Position numbers and translations under genes: made by a program | The notes under the pieces: generated by a model | The model's input: the letters and a program-made list of their open reading frames with translations, nothing else | What the model was told of the DNA's origin: nothing | Database searches by the model: none | Shown here: positions 58,906-64,000 of the stretch, one piece after another | Position numbering within the stretch: the first letter of the stretch is position 1 | Layout of the letters: the number at the start of each line of letters is the position of its first letter | DNA from: Octopus sinensis | Taxonomy: Eukaryota | DNA: 64,000 nucleotides | Direction of reading: 5' to 3' | NCBI RefSeq assembly: GCF_006345805.1 | Contig: NC_043026.1 | Location: 9,796,001-9,860,000, forward strand

Positions 58906-59310
58906 AGGAGTGGCTGTGTGGTAAGTAGCTTGCTAACCAACCACATGGTTCCGGGTTCAGTCCCACTGCGTGGCATCTTGGGCAAGTGTCTTCTGCTATA
59001 GCCCCGGGTCGACCAATGCCTTGTGAGTGGATTTGGTAGACGGAAACTGAAAGAAGCCTGTCGTATATATGTATATATATATATAAGTGTGTGTGTATAT
59101 GTTTGTGTGTCTGTGTTTGTCCCCCTAGCATTGTTTGACAACCGATGCTGGTGTGTTTACGTCCCCGTCACTTAGTGGTTCGGCAAAAGAGACCGATAGA
59201 ATAAGTACTGGGCTTACAAAGAATAAGTCCCGGGGTCGATTTGCTCGACTAAAGGCGGTGCTCCAGCATGGCCGCAGTCATATGACTGAAACAAGCAAAA
59301 GAGTAAAAGA
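58906..59310 (+). mobile_element. SINE family A
   Basis: Family match. Confidence 0.9.
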
Positions 59311-59646
59311 AATGACTATAAATGGTAACAGTCTGAGTGAGAGACTAACAGAGTAGGGGTTAATCGCAGGAAGTTATAAGGGGTCCTTTTGGTAGTTTGT
59401 CAGAATATCGTTTGCTGGTTTGTGTATAGTTCGTGGAGAATTTGTTGGATTGCTATGTTATTGCTTCATTATATGTTATTGTTACGGCACAAGTATTGTC
59501 ATTAATAGTGACAATACTTACATAATTAACGAAGAATTACTATGTTACAATATTTATCCATTTTCATAGCTATGCTTACACATGAACATGCAGAGGTGGT
59601 CATTTTCTTTACCTGAAAACTCTAAATTTTCCAGGCTTTTATTTAA

Positions 59647-59865
59647 CCCTTTAGTGTTCAGATTATTCTATCAAACATAATGCTTATTGATTCCCATTGA
59701 TTTGAATTAATCATGCATTATCTCATGTCTTCAAGATCTTGATGGTGTAATTACTTAATGTCGAATAACATTGTAGGGTAGGTGTGAGAGCCTGGATCTG
59801 GTCAGTTTGAACATAAAACAGATTAGCTATTTTGACCGGATATGGCCGGTTTAAATACTAAAGGG
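59647..59865. mobile_element. piggyBac-like MITE (opposite orientation to the 48630 copy)
   Basis: TTAA|CCCTTTAGT...ACTAAAGGG|TTAA. Confidence 0.9.
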
Positions 59866-59899
59866 TTAAACACATGTGTGATCGTTACCAACATCGAGC

Positions 59900-60700
59900 A
59901 TGATCGTTACCAACGTTGCTTCACTGGCACGTGTAAAAAGATTCAAGCGAAGTCGTTGCCAGTACCGCCTGACTGGCACCTGCGCCGATGGCACGTAAAA
60001 AGCACCCACTACACTCTCGGAAGGGCATCCAGCTGTACAAACTCTGCCAGGTCAAGGCTGGAGCCTGGTGCAGCCATCTGGTTCACCAGCCCTCAGTCAA
60101 AATCGTCCAACCCATGCCAGCATGGGCCAGTCAGGCAGTACTGGCATTGGCCACACTCAAATGGTGCTTTTTATGTGCCACCTGCACAGGAGCCAATTCA
60201 GCAGCACTGGCAACGATCTCATTCGGATGTTTTTTCATGTGCCAGTAAGGCAACATAGGTAACGATCACGCTTGAATGGTGCTTTTCTACATGCCATCAG
60301 CATGGAGGCCAGCTTGTTGCTCTGGCAACGATCACGCTTGAATGGTGCTTTTCTACATGCCATCAGCATGGAGGCCAGCTTGTTGCTCTGGCAACGATCA
60401 CGCTTGAATGGTGCTTTTCTACATGCCATCAGCATGGAGGCCAGCTTGTTGCTCTGGCAACGATCACGCTTGAATGGTGCTTTTCTACATGCCATCAGCA
60501 TGGAGGCCAGCTTGTTGCTCTGGCAACGATCATGCTCGGATGGTATTCTTAGTGCTCTACTAGCATGGATGCCAGTCATCAAATTTGATTTCGATTTCGA
60601 TTTCACTTGCCTCAACAGGTCTTCGCAAGCAGAGTTTAGTGTCCAATGAGGGAAAGGTACGCATGAAGTGGGCTGGTTACACCCCTGGCATGGACCATAA
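59900..60700. mobile_element. Two family C pieces, one with a 66-bp x4 VNTR (60261-60524)
   Basis: aacgatcacgcttgaatggtgcttttctacatgcc recurs at 60261, 60327, 60393 and 60459. Confidence 0.8.
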
Positions 60701-60792
60701 AACCAAAGGCAGTCATGGGTAGTCCAGAATCAAAACGGTTAATAGATGTTCAAATATGGTCCCTTTGATTTTGAAAGAAATAGGCCCATCTG

Positions 60793-61330
60793 CTGAGACC
60801 ATTTAGGGAAGAAACCCGTCTAACGATTCTGCCAGCTCGCTGCCTAAACCTTGGCAACAAAGCGGATTCCGCAGGAACCATGGTAGAGTATCATAGTCTT
60901 GAGAGTAGAGCATTAGAATGGTCAACAATCTATCTTCTCCACACCTAATTCCATTACTCGTTATTAACCTATAAAAATATTTGATAGCAAAGATTGTATT
61001 TTCGTAAATCATTTTTTTTTTCTCTGTCTCTCAGAATGTGGAAATTTTGGAGACAAAAGTTGGACTGAGACCATTTAGGGACCAGGAAACTGTCACATTT
61101 AATGGTCGGACTATACAGGAAACTGTCACATTTAATGGTCGGACTATACAGGTGAGTTCCCCTATCTCTACTACTGCCTCTTTCTTTTACTCTCACTCCT
61201 ATTCCTTCACTGAATCCCTATTTCATAACCAGCTTTATCTAGAAGACAGCCACAAAGAAGACTATATTAGGAACATCTCCATCAATAACAAATCAATAAA
61301 TCACTACTACTACTACTAATAATAATAATA
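60793..61330 (+). pseudogene. Inverted, rearranged duplicate of the DAO penultimate exon with flanking intron (pseudo-exon 61035-61151)
   Basis: Reverse-complement match to ~56030-56536; 15-bp deletion, 33-bp tandem duplication, both splice sites retained. Confidence 0.92.
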
Positions 61331-61418
61331 ATGTTGCTTTATAATTATACTTAAATGTATAAAGAGAGAGAGAGAGAAAAGAAAAGAATAAGAGAAAAAA
61401 TATAACAAATTAACTTAC

Positions 61419-61489
61419 GAAGGAAAAATATATACTGGTTTATCTACCCCAGAAGCGACGTAGAAGTGTTTTATCCATGGTGCATTTAC
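61419..61489 (-). CDS. DAO/DDO: DAO/DDO-family exon (71 bp, phase 0 to 2)
   Basis: tttacAG|VNAPWIKHFYVASGVDKPVYIFP-TC|GTAAGT; TC plus the next exon's G gives Ser, so phases agree. Confidence 0.9.
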
Positions 61490-61956
61490 CTGTAAATAAT
61501 AATAATAACAACAACAACAATGACGACAACGATGACAATGATAATAATAATAATGGGTTTGCTTCCTAGCTACACGGTTTCGGGTTCAGTCCCACTGCGC
61601 GGCACTTTGGGTAGGTGTCTTCCACTATAGCCCCGAGCCGACAGGAGCTTTGTGATTGAATTCGGTAGGTGGAAGTTACTGCCGTGTGTGTATGTGTGCG
61701 TATAGCTGCTCAGTGCCTCTCCGAAAGAGAGAGAGGGTTTCAGATTTTGCCACAAGGGCAGCAATTTTGCGGGGAGGGGATAAGTCGATTACAATGACCC
61801 CCAGTGTTTAACTGGTACTTATTTTATTGAGCCCCTAAAGCATGAAAGGTAAAGTCAAAGGTGGAATTTGAACTCAGAATGTGGCGACGGATGAAATACC
61901 ACTAAACATTTTGTCTGGCGCATTAATGATTCTGCCAGTTCACCACCTTCATAATG

Positions 61957-61989
<33 letters not shown>

Positions 61990-61991
<2 letters not shown>

Positions 61992-62195
61992 CTTGACCAG
62001 CAGAATGTCATAAAAGAATTAGACCCGGTGGAGAGCTACAAGTACCTAGGGGTAATTGAAGGGAACGGAATAAGGCATTCAGTGATGAAGGAAAGTATCA
62101 GGAGAGAATGTTGTCGAAGAGTAAGAGCAATACTCAAGACAGAGCTGAATGCAAGAAACAGGATCGAAGCGATCAATGCTTTAGCCATACCAGTT
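61990..62195 (+). mobile_element. R4/Dong-like RT fragment
   Basis: IKELDPVESYKYLGV...RRVRAILKTELNARNRIEAINALAIPV, preceded by (AAT)n. Confidence 0.8.
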
Positions 62196-62346
62196 GAGGT
62201 CGACTTTGCCTTTCATCCTTTCGGGGTCAATAAATTAAGTACCAGTTACGCACTGGAGTCGATGTAATCGACTTAATTCCCTTGTCTGTCCTTGTTTGTC
62301 CCCTCTATGTTTAGCCCCTTGTGGGCAATAAAGAAACACATATATG

Positions 62347-62384
<38 letters not shown>

Positions 62385-62930
62385 GACAATGGATATACGC
62401 TATGCATTTTTATGTAGGTGGCGAGCTGGCAGAACCGTTAGAACGCCGGGTGAAATGCGTAGCCGTATTTCGTCTGCCGTTACGTTCTGAGTTCAAGTTC
62501 CGCCGAGGTCGACTTTGCCTTTCATCCTTTCGGGGTCGATAAATTAAGTACCAGTTACGCACTGGGGTCGATGTAATCGACTTAATTCCCTTGTCTGTCC
62601 TTGTTTGTCCCCTCTATGTTTAGCCCCTTGTGGGTAATAAAGAAACACATATATATACATGTATATATATATATATATATACACAGACAATGGATATACG
62701 CTATGCATTTTTATGTAGGCTGCGAGCTATGTAGGCGGCGAGCTGGCAGAACCGTTAGAACCATTGCGTTCTGAGTTCAAGTTCCGCCGAGGTCGACTTT
62801 GCCTTTCATCCTTTCGGGGTCAATAAATTAAGTACCAGTTATGCACTGGGGTCGATGGAATCAACTTAATCACTTTGTCTGTCCTTGTTTGTCCTCTCTG
62901 TGTTTAGCCCCTTGTGGGTAGTAAAGAAAT
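62195..62930 (+). mobile_element. Three SINE family B copies in a ~300-bp tandem triplication
   Basis: Each unit is followed by (TA)n-acacagacaatggatatacgctatgc. Confidence 0.85.
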
Positions 62931-63004
62931 ATATATATATATACACAGACAATGGATATACGCTATGCATTTTTTTAATAAGATGTTTATGTATAATTAT
63001 TTAC

Positions 63005-63106
63005 CCTAATGACTTGACCTCGAATCGGAGTCATCTGTCGATCATTAATCAAATGGTAATTCCCCAGACCACAGCAGTTAACTACGATATCAAAGTCAGC
63101 CATCAC
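63005..63106 (-). CDS. DAO/DDO: DAO/DDO-family exon (102 bp), most upstream exon in the window
   Basis: ttctttcAG|VMADFDIVVNCCGLGNYHLINDRQMTPIRGQVIR|GTAAAT; VVNC.GLG and P.RGQ motifs. Confidence 0.92.
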
Positions 63107-63538
63107 CTGAAAGAAAAATATTGCTGACAAGAGAAGCTGCATACAAATATATCTCTTTCAATACAAACCAAAGATTAAAAAAAAAGGGTCAGGATCTTTT
63201 CGATTTTTAAACAAATTAGATATTTATACTCTCCCTTAAACGTTCTTAAATGTTGCGGTTTTTTTTTTTTAAACGTTTTTCTAAATAGCTTACTGTAAAT
63301 CCTCGAGTATAGTCCGCCCTTGAGTATAATACGCAAGGGATTTTAGGGGGCTCTACCTCTGAAAAACCTAAAGCTTGTGTATAATACGCACCCCTTCTCT
63401 AACTTGAGTCAAGGAGGTCGATATAACGTCCTTGGTTTGTATCTCTCTATCTATTTTTCTATCTATCTATCTATCTGTCTATCTATTTCTCTATCTATCT
63501 ATCTATTTCTCTATCTATCTATCTACCTTCTACCTCTC

Positions 63539-63588
<50 letters not shown>

Positions 63589-63927
63589 GTGTGTGTGTGT
63601 GTGTGCATACATGCATATATATGTATGTATACATTCGTATATGTAAGTATATCGTATGTTGTGTATATATATATATATATATATATTTGTATTTAAGTGC
63701 TATCTGAGTATATTCCACTGATGAAGGCAGAGCATTTCTTGTGCAAAGCCAGAGATCCTGGATCTGGAATTATCCAGTAGTTTTTTTCTAGTTTATTTTG
63801 TCTTTTTGTCTTCTCTCCTGATGCTGTATGAACATTTAGTGTGGTTTTAGAGTCAAGTTTTGACTGCTATTTCCAGCGTGGAGGTATCTCTTAGATACCC
63901 TAAATTATAATTATAATTATATGTATA

Positions 63928-63970
<43 letters not shown>

Positions 63971-64000
63971 ATATATATATAGGATAGAGAGTCGAGCTTA

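Noticed and set aside
61035-61151. Second functional DAO paralogue on the plus strand
   Set aside because: No neighbouring plus-strand DAO exons; the copied segment is only about 500 bp

Overview
AT-rich, repeat-dense eukaryotic DNA. The SINE families and KRAB-less C2H2 zinc-finger genes point to a coleoid cephalopod, probably Octopus (inference). Protein-coding content: (1) three paralogous C2H2 zinc-finger genes with a single coding exon (1992-3329 -, 10473-11723 -, 49019-50515 +). They share a short N-terminal peptide and a conserved upstream unit: NRF1-type promoter motif, non-coding exon 1, GTAAGT donor, TE-filled intron, conserved acceptor and uORF. (2) A 5.3-kb intronless reading frame (26279-20944 -) predicted to encode about 1778 aa: a basic N-terminus plus about six tandem NHL/TolB-like beta-propeller modules, broken by one 1-nt frameshift at about 24090. 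(3) The last five exons of a D-amino-acid/D-aspartate oxidase family gene (63106 to 53804 -, ending in the peroxisomal signal AKL). One of its introns holds an inverted, rearranged copy of a downstream exon with both splice sites. Non-coding content includes a 7SL (SRP) RNA-derived sequence fused to a SINE 3' tail (17546-17171 -) and a near-perfect 219-nt hairpin downstream of ZNF-1. The rest is tRNA-headed and RTE-tailed SINEs, RTE, CR1 and R4/Dong-like LINE fragments, mariner relics, non-autonomous Helitrons, piggyBac-, hAT- and Merlin-like MITEs, minisatellites and microsatellites. SINE family letters (A-E) are my own labels. Repeat boundaries are approximate (about +/-10-20 bp) unless a TSD or terminus is quoted.
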